Assembly: GCA_031385045.1 (NCBI GenBank)
Contig: JANNBC010000006.1
Location: forward strand, 32,001-96,000
DNA from: a bacterium
GTDB lineage: Bacteria; Bdellovibrionota_C; UBA2361; CALJRW01
Length of the DNA: 64,000 nt
Reading direction: 5' to 3'
Positions within the stretch are counted from its first letter, which is position 1. Every line of letters starts with the position of its first letter. Made by a program: the position numbers and the translations under genes. Under the pieces are notes generated by a model. The model searched no databases. It saw nothing but the letters and a program-made list of their open reading frames with translations, and was not told where the DNA came from. Positions 50,630-59,940 of this stretch are shown here, piece after piece.

Positions 50630-51574
50630 ATGAATCGTAACCTCTTAGTTTTCTCAGGACGTTCTTCCCAGTCCTTCACTTCCAAAATTACAAAAATATT
50701 GAATGTCGAACTTGGTAAACTAGAAGTTACCCGTTTTAGCGATGGAGAACTTTCCGTTGATATCGGTGATAACGTTCGAGGTCGGGACGTTTTTATTGTA
50801 CAAAGCACCTGCAATCCCGTTAATGATAATTTGATGGAATTACTAATTGTGATGGATGCACTTAAGCGTGCCTCAGCATCACGAATTACAGCAGTAGTAC
50901 CATACTTTGGATATGCTAGGCAGGATCGCAAGCTTAAACCGCGTGTTCCAATTACAGCCAAGCTTGTTGCTGATATCTTAACAACGGCTGGAGCACACAG
51001 GATGCTCACAATTGATTTGCATTCTGGCCAAATTATGGGATTTTTTAATTCGCCTGTTGATAACTTGAATGCACTTCCAGTTATTCTCCCGTATGTAAAA
51101 AATAAATATAAAAAGGAAAATATTGCCATTGTTTCTCCTGATGCTGGGGGAGTAGAACGTGCTCGAGAATTCTCAAAAAGATGGTCAGAATCTAGCTTAG
51201 CAATTATTGATAAGCGCCGACCTGAGCCAGGCAAGATCGCTGAGATGAGAGTTGTCGGTGATGTTAAAGATCGTTGCTGCATTATTGTGGATGATATGAT
51301 CGATACTGCGGGAACTTTAGTAAAAGCAGCTGAGGTTCTAAAGAAAGCTGGAGCATCAAAGGTGATCGCCTGCTGTACTCATGCGGTGCTATCAGGAAGT
51401 GCCATGGAAAGAATTAACGAAGCCGAAATTGAAGAAGTAATCATTACTGATACAATTCCACTTAAACATATTGAAGTAAGCCCTAAGATTACTGTTCTAT
51501 CAGTTAGTTCTCTCTTTGCAGAAGCAATTAGAAGGATCCATAAAGAGGATTCTATTAGTAGCCTCTTTAGCTAA
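50630..51574 (+). CDS. prs: Ribose-phosphate pyrophosphokinase
   Basis: FSDGE, YFGYARQDR, VSPDAGG and DDMIDTAGT motifs. Confidence 0.97.
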   Translation: MNRNLLVFSGRSSQSFTSKITKILNVELGKLEVTRFSDGELSVDIGDNVRGRDVFIVQSTCNPVNDNLMELLIVMDALKRASASRITAVVPYFGYARQDRKLKPRVPITAKLVADILTTAGAHRMLTIDLHSGQIMGFFNSPVDNLNALPVILPYVKNKYKKENIAIVSPDAGGVERAREFSKRWSESSLAIIDKRRPEPGKIAEMRVVGDVKDRCCIIVDDMIDTAGTLVKAAEVLKKAGASKVIACCTHAVLSGSAMERINEAEIEEVIITDTIPLKHIEVSPKITVLSVSSLFAEAIRRIHKEDSISSLFS

Positions 51575-51619
51575 TTTTTATATTAACTAGATCCATTCTC
51601 GCATTCTTCTTGTTAGTAT

Positions 51620-52720
51620 TTATTTAAATTGATAATTACTAATTTTTCGATCTTGAATAATCTTTAGTTGAGCTGGTGATTTTATTTCCATACCACTTTC
51701 GCTTGTCTCACTGAAAGAATACTCTCCAGCGACACCAGGGCTAGGTTGGATATTTTTGATCTTATTAATAATTTCCTCGGCAGTTAGATTCTTTGTTTGA
51801 TTAAAGAGCTCGGCAATTAATAGGGCATTATCATATCCAACCCCAGCAAATCCAATCTGCAGATCGTTTTGAAAATTTTCAATATATAACTTTCGAAAGT
51901 CGTCAGTCACAGCAATCGAAGAAAAAATAGCCCCGTTAATTAAATCGCTAGACTGGTTAACTTCATTTTGACTATCAAAAAAATCAGTCCCAAAAGTTGG
52001 AATCTTAAAATTTTGATTACTAGCTTGATTATAAAACTGGGCAATTTGACCTGAGATCAAAAATATCCCCAAAGAGTCAATTTCTTTGCTTTGAACTTTG
52101 GTAATAATACTCTTAAAATCATTGGAATCTAAAGGAACAACTTCTGTATATGAGATAATCTTCGGATCTAATTCAGCGATAATTGAATTGAAATAGGTCA
52201 GCTCGTTTTTTAGAATTCCAATTTTAGAAATATTATTTTGATCAAAATATTTTTGTAAATGAAAAGCAAAATCCTTACTGCTTGGCATGGAACGAATTGA
52301 AAAATTTTTATTTCTTACTATCTGAGTATCAACCGTTGTCACAATATTTGGGATATGCTGTTTTTCTGCTAGGGGAATTACAGCTTCATTGGGCCCAGTG
52401 CCCCAATTATAGATTAAATTAACTTTGTTTTGATTAACTAATTTTTGAAAGGCAGCGACTGCTTGAGTACCCTGATAAGCAGAATCCTCATAGAACAGTT
52501 TGATTTGAGAAAACTTTTCCGGATTAGTTTTTTTTGCCAGCTCAAATGAGTTTTTAACTGCAACACCGTATTCAGCTAAAGATCCAGAAAGTGGCAAGAT
52601 TAGTCCAACCTTAAATTCAGCTGGAGTTGTTAAGTTTCTACCTTCGCTCTGGCAGGAAATAAATACAAAAAGTAGCGTACAAATGATAATTCTATAAAAC
52701 ATAGGATACTTAATAATCAA
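51620..52720 (-). CDS. LivJ/LivK-like periplasmic substrate-binding lipoprotein
   Basis: Lipobox FISC, KVGLILPLSGSLAEYG and YEDS type I PBP motifs. Confidence 0.8.
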   Translation of the reverse strand: MIIKYPMFYRIIICTLLFVFISCQSEGRNLTTPAEFKVGLILPLSGSLAEYGVAVKNSFELAKKTNPEKFSQIKLFYEDSAYQGTQAVAAFQKLVNQNKVNLIYNWGTGPNEAVIPLAEKQHIPNIVTTVDTQIVRNKNFSIRSMPSSKDFAFHLQKYFDQNNISKIGILKNELTYFNSIIAELDPKIISYTEVVPLDSNDFKSIITKVQSKEIDSLGIFLISGQIAQFYNQASNQNFKIPTFGTDFFDSQNEVNQSSDLINGAIFSSIAVTDDFRKLYIENFQNDLQIGFAGVGYDNALLIAELFNQTKNLTAEEIINKIKNIQPSPGVAGEYSFSETSESGMEIKSPAQLKIIQDRKISNYQFK

Positions 52721-53071
52721 TTAAGTATCCTATATTACATAAGATTTTTACATTTAATAGTGAATTATTAATCTAAATTGCCTACTGCAAAAGATAACTT
52801 GTAAGAAAGCATTTGTTAAAAGTTTACAAATTCTTTAAAAACATATAAATTACGCACCCTTAGTATTACGTTGGGTATGTTATAGCCATAATATGGTGTG
52901 ATTAGAAATCAATGAATTGGAAACATGTTTTCTAGAGTGCTATTTTTGGTTGTTTTTTGCGGTTCAAACTTGGAAAAGTAAACCAAGAATTGCTCTCGCC
53001 GTTGACTTAAAAAATGCTCGGCAGATTTTTGAGTTTACTGTAATTTTTAATGTCTGATTGAAGGAAGTATC

Positions 53072-53740
53072 GTGGAAGAAAAAGTTTTAAATATCGAATC
53101 AAGAACTAGTAATGGTTCAGCTGAAAGTCGTCGTTTACGCCGTACAGGAAAAGTGCCTGTTTCTATTCTTTACCCTGATGCTACAAGCGCTTCTGGTATT
53201 GTGATTGAAAAAGATTTTGTTCATTTGGCGGAAATGTCTAAGTATACAGATATTTTTCATTTTAAATCTGACAACCAAAAATTGAATGGTCAGAAAGTAT
53301 TAGTAAAAGACTTACAGAAAGAGCCAATTAAAGGTAATGTATTGCACGTAGATTTCTTGGCGCTTGACGACAAAAAAGCTATTACTGTGAAGGTTCCAGT
53401 TTCTTTAGTTGGAACACCTGTTGGAGTTAAAACTCAAGGTGGTATCTTAACAAAATCTGCTCAGTTTTTATTAGTTTCTTGCTTACCAGCAGTTATTCCT
53501 AGTGAAGTTGAAGTTGATGTTACTGAACTCAAAGTTGGCGATCGTGTTGTTGCCAGTCAATTAACATTAGCTAGTGGCCTAACGCTTAAAAGTAATGAGC
53601 GTGAGACTATTGCTTCAGTTGTTGCAAGTAGAGCTACAAGACTCCAAGAAACTGATGCTAAAGTACCTGAAGTTGCAGGAAAAGCTCCGGCTGGTAAGGC
53701 ACCTGCTGCGGCACCGGCTAAAGCTCCAGCTAAGAAATAA
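53072..53740 (+). CDS. rplY: 50S ribosomal protein L25/Ctc
   Basis: SRRLRRTGKVP, LHVDF and GVKTQGG motifs; Ala/Pro/Lys tail. Confidence 0.93.
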   Translation: MEEKVLNIESRTSNGSAESRRLRRTGKVPVSILYPDATSASGIVIEKDFVHLAEMSKYTDIFHFKSDNQKLNGQKVLVKDLQKEPIKGNVLHVDFLALDDKKAITVKVPVSLVGTPVGVKTQGGILTKSAQFLLVSCLPAVIPSEVEVDVTELKVGDRVVASQLTLASGLTLKSNERETIASVVASRATRLQETDAKVPEVAGKAPAGKAPAAAPAKAPAKK

Positions 53741-53748
53741 AGTTTTAA

Positions 53749-54351
53749 GTGAAAGAAGCCAGCAATAACAAATTTTTGCTTGTTGGCTTAGGAAATCCAG
53801 GATCTAGATATCAGTCTACAAGACATAATATCGGATTCATGTTTCTTGATTTTTTGTTAAAATCAAAAAGCAAAGATTCTTTCAAGGTTGATCCTCAGTA
53901 CAATGCTGAGATTGCCAGAGTTAGAATCAATGATTGTGATTGTATGTTGGTAAAACCTCTAACATTCATGAACTTGAGTGGTGAAGCGGTTGCTAAAGTG
54001 GCAAGGTTTTATAAGATTGCCACTAGTCAAATTATTGTTTTTTACGATGATTTAGATTTAGCCTCTGGGAAGCTTCGTCTACGAACGAAAAGCGGAGATG
54101 GTGGGCATAATGGGATTAAATCCATTAAACAGCATTTGGCAACAAATGATTACATCAATTTTCGCTTTGGCATTGGTCGTCCAGAGAATTCTGGTTTTGA
54201 GATCAGTGACTGGGTGCTTAGTAAACTAAGTAAGTCAGAGCAGGAAACTTTTCAGGAGACTTTTTCTTTAGCGGAAAAGACACTGGGGGATTTGCTGAGT
54301 GGTGGTTTGAGCGTAGCTCAGAATAGGCTGGCTGAGCGTAGCTCAGAATAG
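53749..54351 (+). CDS. pth: Peptidyl-tRNA hydrolase
   Basis: VGLGNPG, TRHNIGF, KPLTFMNLSG and GGHNG motifs. Confidence 0.97.
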   Translation: MKEASNNKFLLVGLGNPGSRYQSTRHNIGFMFLDFLLKSKSKDSFKVDPQYNAEIARVRINDCDCMLVKPLTFMNLSGEAVAKVARFYKIATSQIIVFYDDLDLASGKLRLRTKSGDGGHNGIKSIKQHLATNDYINFRFGIGRPENSGFEISDWVLSKLSKSEQETFQETFSLAEKTLGDLLSGGLSVAQNRLAERSSE

Positions 54352-54377
54352 ACTAGCCGAGCATAGCTCGGGATAAG
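54308..54377. repeat. About 2.8 tandem copies of a 25-bp unit with an internal palindrome
   Basis: TGAGCGTAGCTCAGAATAGGCTGGC / TGAGCGTAGCTCAGAATAGACTAGC / CGAGCATAGCTCGGGATAAG. Confidence 0.9.
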
Positions 54378-54448
54378 TTTTTAATAGATAGCTTTGGTAA
54401 TTTACTCCATAGTTATACAAATTGAAGTTATAGGTAATTGAGGAAAAT

Positions 54449-54805
54449 ATGAATAAATACGAGACTATTTTGGTAGTAAATCCAAAACTAGATGACGAAG
54501 GCTTACAAACACTAGCTGATAAATATCGTAAGCTTGTTGAAGCTAATGCTGGTCAAGTTGATGAAATTGAAAGCTGGGGCAAGCGTGAGATTGCACAAAC
54601 TTTAGGAAACGAAGCCTACGGTTATTACTTAAACTTTAACTATCAGTCGGATAATTCTAAGCTAATTACAATTATCAACCAACAGTTCCGTTTAGATGGT
54701 GATATCTTGAAATTTCAAACTCACCGTGTTGGCGAAGCTACAAAAAAATTCAAAGTGAATCGAAGATTCCAAGCACTTGGTGATGACTACACAATTGGTG
54801 GTTAA
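54449..54805 (+). CDS. rpsF: 30S ribosomal protein S6
   Basis: MNKYETILVVNP, WGKREIA and GYY motifs. Confidence 0.9.
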   Translation: MNKYETILVVNPKLDDEGLQTLADKYRKLVEANAGQVDEIESWGKREIAQTLGNEAYGYYLNFNYQSDNSKLITIINQQFRLDGDILKFQTHRVGEATKKFKVNRRFQALGDDYTIGG

Positions 54806-54843
54806 TTTTTGTAGATACAAAAAGATATTTTAAGGAGAATAAA

Positions 54844-55359
54844 ATGGAAGTTATTTTAGAGAGAGATTATCCACAACTAGGGTTTGTTGGAGATCGAGTA
54901 CAAATCAGTCGAGGCTTTGGCCGTAACTATTTAATCCCTCAAGGGATTGCAGTAGAAGTTAATGCTCGTAATGAAAAGTTTCTTAAGAATAAAATGCAAG
55001 CAATTGCAACTCAACGTGCTAAATTAAAAGCTGACGCACAAGCATTAGCTGATAAAATGAAATCTGAAACTTGGGAATTTACATTAAAAGTAGGTTCAAA
55101 AGGAAAGAGCTTTGGTTCAGTTTCTGCTAAGGATGTCTATGAGCTGGTAATTGCTCGTGGTTATGAAGTCGACAAAAAGCAAGTTTTATTAACTGATGCA
55201 GTTCGTTCTTCTGGTGATTATAAGTTTTCAGTTAAACTTCACTCTGAAGTTACGGCAGTTGTCCCTTTGAAAGTTCTAGCTGATATCACAGCAAAATCTC
55301 AAAAAGCGGAAAAGAATGATGCTGAGTCCGAGACTCAAACTGACTCAACAGAAGAGTAA
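54844..55359 (+). CDS. rplI: 50S ribosomal protein L9
   Basis: MEVIL, GFGRNYLIPQG, FGSV and LHSEV motifs. Confidence 0.95.
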   Translation: MEVILERDYPQLGFVGDRVQISRGFGRNYLIPQGIAVEVNARNEKFLKNKMQAIATQRAKLKADAQALADKMKSETWEFTLKVGSKGKSFGSVSAKDVYELVIARGYEVDKKQVLLTDAVRSSGDYKFSVKLHSEVTAVVPLKVLADITAKSQKAEKNDAESETQTDSTEE

Positions 55360-55370
55360 GAGACAAAACT

Positions 55371-55503
55371 CTGAGCTATTCATGTTTGGATTATTCTAAA
55401 TATGAATAGCTACAGATGATATTAACAATGAGTCCTAATAAAAATTCTGAGGTCTAAAGAATGTTTTTGGGACTCATCAAAGACTTAGTTTAGATAAGCT
55501 AAG
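55371..55503 (+). other. Tandem stem-loops after rplI
   Basis: 17-bp stem 55374-55411, long stem 55428-55477 and 8-bp stem 55484-55503; G-U pairs read on the + strand. Confidence 0.6.
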
Positions 55504-55542
55504 AAATATTTCCTAGTTAAATTCCCATTCACTGCTACCGAT

Positions 55543-56310
55543 ATGAAGAAGTGGCTAGTTCTATTAACACTAATTGCCTCAATTGGAACTGCATTTCTTT
55601 TTAAAGATTCAATTAACCGTCAAGCGCCAGCATTAGTTTCTAGTCCCAAACACATCTTTAGTGAATTTCAAAACTTCAAACTTGGGCAAGGTATTGACTA
55701 TCAGGATCGACCAGAATTTAATCCCGAAATTGATCAGAATTTTGGGATACTAATTTGGTTAAAATTTAAAGCAATAACGAATATCGATCAAAGAATTTTT
55801 ATTCTTCGGAAATATAAGGGCGAATCAGATACTGGTTATGCTTTAGCATTTAATCAATTCAATGATGGATTTTATCCGCAAGTCTTTTGGCCCACAAAGG
55901 CTGATAGTAATTGGTTAACTTTTCAAAAATTCAAACCTGTACAAAATCGTTGGTATGGATTCTTACTAACATTCACTGATAATAAATATTTAGGTCTACA
56001 AATCCTAAAACCAAATAAGGCTCGTCCCGGAATTACTCTTGAAAATCTTGGTGGGTATATCTTAAAAGACTCTCTGCCCGTTAATTCAGCTAAATTAGAG
56101 ATTGGTTCAATTGGAACGCATATCTTTAATGGTTCCATCGCTAAAATTTCGTTCTTTAAATCACCAACCAAAGATTTTAAATTAATTGATTTAATTGATG
56201 CTTTGAAAACATCATCCCCAGCAACATCCTTAAAAGATTATCATAGTTTTGATATTGAATTAAAAAGCCTCTCCAAGAAAAAAAAGCGCTCTAATCCTTT
56301 GATCCAATAA
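55543..56310 (+). CDS. Exported hypothetical protein, LamG/concanavalin-like fold suspected
   Basis: Signal/TM; FGILIWLK, RWY and IGS...FNGSIAKI pattern. Confidence 0.5.
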   Translation: MKKWLVLLTLIASIGTAFLFKDSINRQAPALVSSPKHIFSEFQNFKLGQGIDYQDRPEFNPEIDQNFGILIWLKFKAITNIDQRIFILRKYKGESDTGYALAFNQFNDGFYPQVFWPTKADSNWLTFQKFKPVQNRWYGFLLTFTDNKYLGLQILKPNKARPGITLENLGGYILKDSLPVNSAKLEIGSIGTHIFNGSIAKISFFKSPTKDFKLIDLIDALKTSSPATSLKDYHSFDIELKSLSKKKKRSNPLIQ

Positions 56311-56411
56311 ATTTAGAATGAGATGAGACGCTCAAAAATACAATGTGGTTTAAAGAAGGATTCTCTCCTAGAATATAAGAGTATTCTTTTCTTTCCAGAC
56401 AACACGGCAAA

Positions 56412-58196
56412 TTGCTCTATTCTTCAAATGCTATGGTAATTATTACATTACTTTTTTTATCCCTGAGCTTTGCACTTCAACTAAAGCTGTTAACTTTTAC
56501 GATCGCCTTTTTTGTAATTATCCTTTTAAGGTTTCAACCTAGATTAATTCTACCTGCACTCATAATAAATGGGGCGATCTTAGGCAATCATTTTCAAATC
56601 TTTGTTTTTAGCCTTTTTTTAATAGGCCAAATTTATCAAAAGAAACTAGAGGTGGAGCGGCTAGGAAGATTTAAGTATTTTTTAATTCTACTGTTTGGCT
56701 GGTTAAGTGTTGAGTTCTACCAACAGTTCCAACTTTCTTCCCTAATTAATTACTGGAAGATATACGGATTTGTTAATTACTCGGGATATTTCAATTCAGA
56801 ACTTAGTCATTTTATTCAATCATTAAAAATTTTTGCCAATCTATTTCTAATAATTATAAGTTTTGAGTACTTTAAAAACTTTAAAGTAGGAGATTTTAAA
56901 AATGGGATGCTTCTTGGAATAGGATGCTCTCAGGTCTTAACGATCTATCAAATTTTCTTCAATCCAATTTTTTTAAACAACCAAAGCAGTTTTTGGGACA
57001 TGCAACAACGCTATCCTAGCACTTTTAGTGATCCAAATGCCTTTGGTATTTGCTCTTTTTTCTTAATTGGGTTTCTTATTGCTTTTATTTCCGAGCGAAA
57101 ATTTGATTATAAAATCTTTTTACTAGTTAGTATTCAATTTATATTAACACTATATTCGGGCTCTAGGACATTCTTATTGGCAATGGTTGTTTCCTTAGCT
57201 TGTTGGAGTTACCTAAAAAATAAGCGATATTTTTTAATTGGCACCAGCGCAGTATTCCTACTAGTACTATTAATCAATCTAGGATTTTTTATAGCTAATC
57301 CAGACATTGACTCACAACTACCTTTTTTACCTGCTGGCTTAAATCGTTTAGTTTCCAGCTTGAGGATTGATAATTTGAGTCAAACTTTTTTTTCTAGACA
57401 AGTTTTTAACCAATTAAATCTGTTAATTTTTAAAGACTATCCAATCTTTGGAGTCGGTTTAAATCAATTCGATCAAACATTACCACTCTATAAAGATTTC
57501 TTAACTAAGAGCATTGGTAGTTGGGTCGATAATAATAATAATTTCTATTTTGGACTTTTAACTGAACTTGGCCTGGTCGGCTTTCTTACTTTTATTTGGG
57601 GTTGCTCTAGCTTTTGTTATAAGCAAACAGCAAATAAATTATTAGCAATCTTTTTTTTCGTTTTTTTGAGCTTACTATTTCTAGGGCCACACTTTTACTT
57701 TACTGAAGTCAGTTTATTATTTGGATTATTACTAAGTCAGATAGTTACTAGAAATAAATTTAATGAAAAAGCAGTACCTCCTTTCTATAAATTATTAATT
57801 ATAGGAATACTGTTTATTGGTATTTGGAATAATTCTCGCTATCGTTCTATAGGAACGTATGCTTTAGAAAAGGATTTAACTGAGGAATATTATTGGTCTA
57901 AACAAGAATCGAATTTGTTTCTTGATTGTAGCAAGTTTCAAGGTCTGCAATTAAAAGAGGTTTCAGACAGCTCGCAAATCACAGAATTAAAAATCTATCG
58001 TTTTTCTGAAATTCCTTTCTTCCCTTTAACCTCAAGTAGCCAAGACTTAATTAGTGGTCAATTTGAGTGCCCAAATAAGCTCAACAAGTATAAGATCTTT
58101 TTTAGGCTATCTGGAACCTGGCAACCAAATTTAGTCCTAAAAAACTCCTTAGATCCGCGATTCTTAGGGCTAAAAATTATTCCTAAAGCTTATTGA
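56412..58196 (+). CDS. O-antigen ligase (Wzy_C)-family membrane protein
   Basis: STFSDPN, SGSRT, YPIFGVG and N.Y..LLTELGLVG motifs. Confidence 0.8.
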   Translation: MLYSSNAMVIITLLFLSLSFALQLKLLTFTIAFFVIILLRFQPRLILPALIINGAILGNHFQIFVFSLFLIGQIYQKKLEVERLGRFKYFLILLFGWLSVEFYQQFQLSSLINYWKIYGFVNYSGYFNSELSHFIQSLKIFANLFLIIISFEYFKNFKVGDFKNGMLLGIGCSQVLTIYQIFFNPIFLNNQSSFWDMQQRYPSTFSDPNAFGICSFFLIGFLIAFISERKFDYKIFLLVSIQFILTLYSGSRTFLLAMVVSLACWSYLKNKRYFLIGTSAVFLLVLLINLGFFIANPDIDSQLPFLPAGLNRLVSSLRIDNLSQTFFSRQVFNQLNLLIFKDYPIFGVGLNQFDQTLPLYKDFLTKSIGSWVDNNNNFYFGLLTELGLVGFLTFIWGCSSFCYKQTANKLLAIFFFVFLSLLFLGPHFYFTEVSLLFGLLLSQIVTRNKFNEKAVPPFYKLLIIGILFIGIWNNSRYRSIGTYALEKDLTEEYYWSKQESNLFLDCSKFQGLQLKEVSDSSQITELKIYRFSEIPFFPLTSSSQDLISGQFECPNKLNKYKIFFRLSGTWQPNLVLKNSLDPRFLGLKIIPKAY

Positions 58197-58222
58197 CTTA
58201 ATCAGTAGCTCTCTAGTATCAT
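58193..58222 (+). promoter_or_regulatory. Putative sigma70 promoter of the pyr operon
   Basis: TTGACT-N18-TATCAT immediately before the PyrR-like loop. Confidence 0.45.
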
Positions 58223-58229
58223 CGATATG

Positions 58230-58260
58230 CCTTTAAGGAGTGCCTGTGAGTTCTCCAAGG
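58230..58260 (+). promoter_or_regulatory. PyrR-binding RNA loop (variant)
   Basis: CCTTTAA-GGAG-TGCCTGTGAG-TTCTCC-AAGG upstream of pyrR, resembling the UUUAA...CCNGNGAG consensus. Confidence 0.7.
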
Positions 58261-58376
58261 AAACGAAACCTTTCTTTTGTCAGACAAATCAATTGTTTGC
58301 TTCCTTGTGTCTACCGCCAGCTTTCCTATCGTGCATTTTTCTATGTTAATTTATCTATGTTTTTTAAGGTGTACAC

Positions 58377-58958
58377 ATGTCCGAGCAAAAAAAGACGATT
58401 CCTAAGGATTGGATCAAACTAATCGATGCTGAAATAATTAAAAAATGTATTACTCGAATTTCCTATGAAATCTTAGAGAAGGGGATTCCACTAGACCGCC
58501 TAGCAATTGTTGGTATTCATACTGGGGGAGAATATATCGCTCGTAGAATTCACCAATCGATTCAAGAAATTGAAAATCGTGAGATTAACCTAGGAGTGAT
58601 TGATATAACTCTTTATCGGGATGATTTAAGTCATGCTTCTGCTCACCCCGTAATTAAAGCCACTGACCTACCATTTAATGTCGATGATTCTCATATCATT
58701 CTCGTCGACGATGTCTTTTATACTGGAAGAACCATTCGTGCTGCTCTGGATGCAATTATAGATTTTGGTCGTCCAGACTGCATTGAGCTTGCGGTCTTAA
58801 TGGATCGTGGCCATCGTGAGCTTCCGATTCGCGCTGATTATGTTGGGAAAAATATTCCAACGAAGCGAAATGAATTTGTCAGAGTAAGACTAGAGGAACT
58901 AGGTTACGAAGATGCTGTCTACTTAATTTCTGCTGAACATAATCGTGATAACAAATAA
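58377..58958 (+). CDS. pyrR: Pyrimidine operon regulator/uracil phosphoribosyltransferase
   Basis: DITLYRDD, LVDDVFYTGRTIRAA and DRGHRELPIRADYVGK motifs. Confidence 0.97.
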   Translation: MSEQKKTIPKDWIKLIDAEIIKKCITRISYEILEKGIPLDRLAIVGIHTGGEYIARRIHQSIQEIENREINLGVIDITLYRDDLSHASAHPVIKATDLPFNVDDSHIILVDDVFYTGRTIRAALDAIIDFGRPDCIELAVLMDRGHRELPIRADYVGKNIPTKRNEFVRVRLEELGYEDAVYLISAEHNRDNK

Positions 58959-59928
58959 AAAAAATCCGACACATTTACTTGGGCTGGAATATATTACAGC
59001 TGATGATTTTTTTAAGATAATTAATAATTCATTAGCTTTAGCAGAGATTTCTTCCCGAGATATTAAGAAGACACCAGCTCTTCGTGGCAAAACTATTATT
59101 AATTTTTTCTGTGAGCCAAGTACTAGAACTCGCACTAGTTTTGAAATTGCCGGTAAGTGGCTTTCTGCTGATACTATTAATGTCACTGCGGCTGATAGCT
59201 CATTTAAAAAGGGGGAATCCTTCGTTGATACAATTCGAACCTTACAGGCGATGCATCCCGATGCTATTGTTGTGCGTCATCAAGATGGTGGAATTCCCAA
59301 TTTGATGGCCAAACATTTAAAGAATGTCGCTATTCTAAATGCTGGTGATGGAACACATGAACATCCGACTCAAGCCCTATTAGATTGTGTTAGTTTAATC
59401 CAACATTATGGCCAAGGTATTGAGGGAATTAAGAATAAAACAATTGCTATTGTTGGTGATGTCTTACATTCTCGCGTTGTGCGTAGCAATCTTTGGGCGC
59501 ACTATTTTTTAGGAAATAAAGTCCGACTTGTCGGGCCTAGCACTCTTGTGCCAAAAGAATTTGAAGATCTAACACCTGGGGATGTGTCTGTGCATCATGA
59601 TTTAAAAACAGGAGTAAGTGGGGCAGATATTGTCATGTGCTTGCGTCTGCAATTAGAACGACAAAATAATTTCTTTATCCCTAACTCCCAAGAATATACT
59701 AATGAATATTTTGTAAGCAGAAAATTATTAAATCAATATGCCAATCCTAATTATGTAGTAATGCATCCTGGGCCAATTAATCGTGGTATCGAAGTAGAAA
59801 CCGACTTAATTGATTCTCATTCCTCATTAGTAGAAAGTCAAATTTCTGCAGGCTTAGCAGTTAGAATGGCTTGCTTAATTCGCTCGTGCATAGGAGAAGA
59901 TACTAATAATGCTAAGCACTTTTTGTAA
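58945..59928 (+). CDS. pyrB: Aspartate carbamoyltransferase catalytic subunit
   Basis: EPSTRTRTSF, HPTQALLD, RLQLER and HPGP motifs. Confidence 0.97.
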   Translation: MITNKKNPTHLLGLEYITADDFFKIINNSLALAEISSRDIKKTPALRGKTIINFFCEPSTRTRTSFEIAGKWLSADTINVTAADSSFKKGESFVDTIRTLQAMHPDAIVVRHQDGGIPNLMAKHLKNVAILNAGDGTHEHPTQALLDCVSLIQHYGQGIEGIKNKTIAIVGDVLHSRVVRSNLWAHYFLGNKVRLVGPSTLVPKEFEDLTPGDVSVHHDLKTGVSGADIVMCLRLQLERQNNFFIPNSQEYTNEYFVSRKLLNQYANPNYVVMHPGPINRGIEVETDLIDSHSSLVESQISAGLAVRMACLIRSCIGEDTNNAKHFL

Positions 59929-59940
59929 TAGATTATAAGC

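Noticed and set aside
50403..50630. tRNA-Gln as an integration site
   Set aside because: No integrase or duplicated tRNA 3' end seen; prs follows as in the usual gene order
50611..51282. 223-aa antisense ORF
   Set aside because: Shadow of prs on the opposite strand with no recognisable motifs
53677..53740. Ala/Pro/Lys repeats at the end of rplY
   Set aside because: Ordinary low-complexity tail of L25/Ctc proteins
54308..54377. Possible mini CRISPR array
   Set aside because: Units are contiguous with no unique spacers, and there are no cas genes in the window
58240..58422. 60-aa ORF as a pyr leader peptide
   Set aside because: Starts inside the PyrR loop and overlaps pyrR out of frame; no supporting evidence
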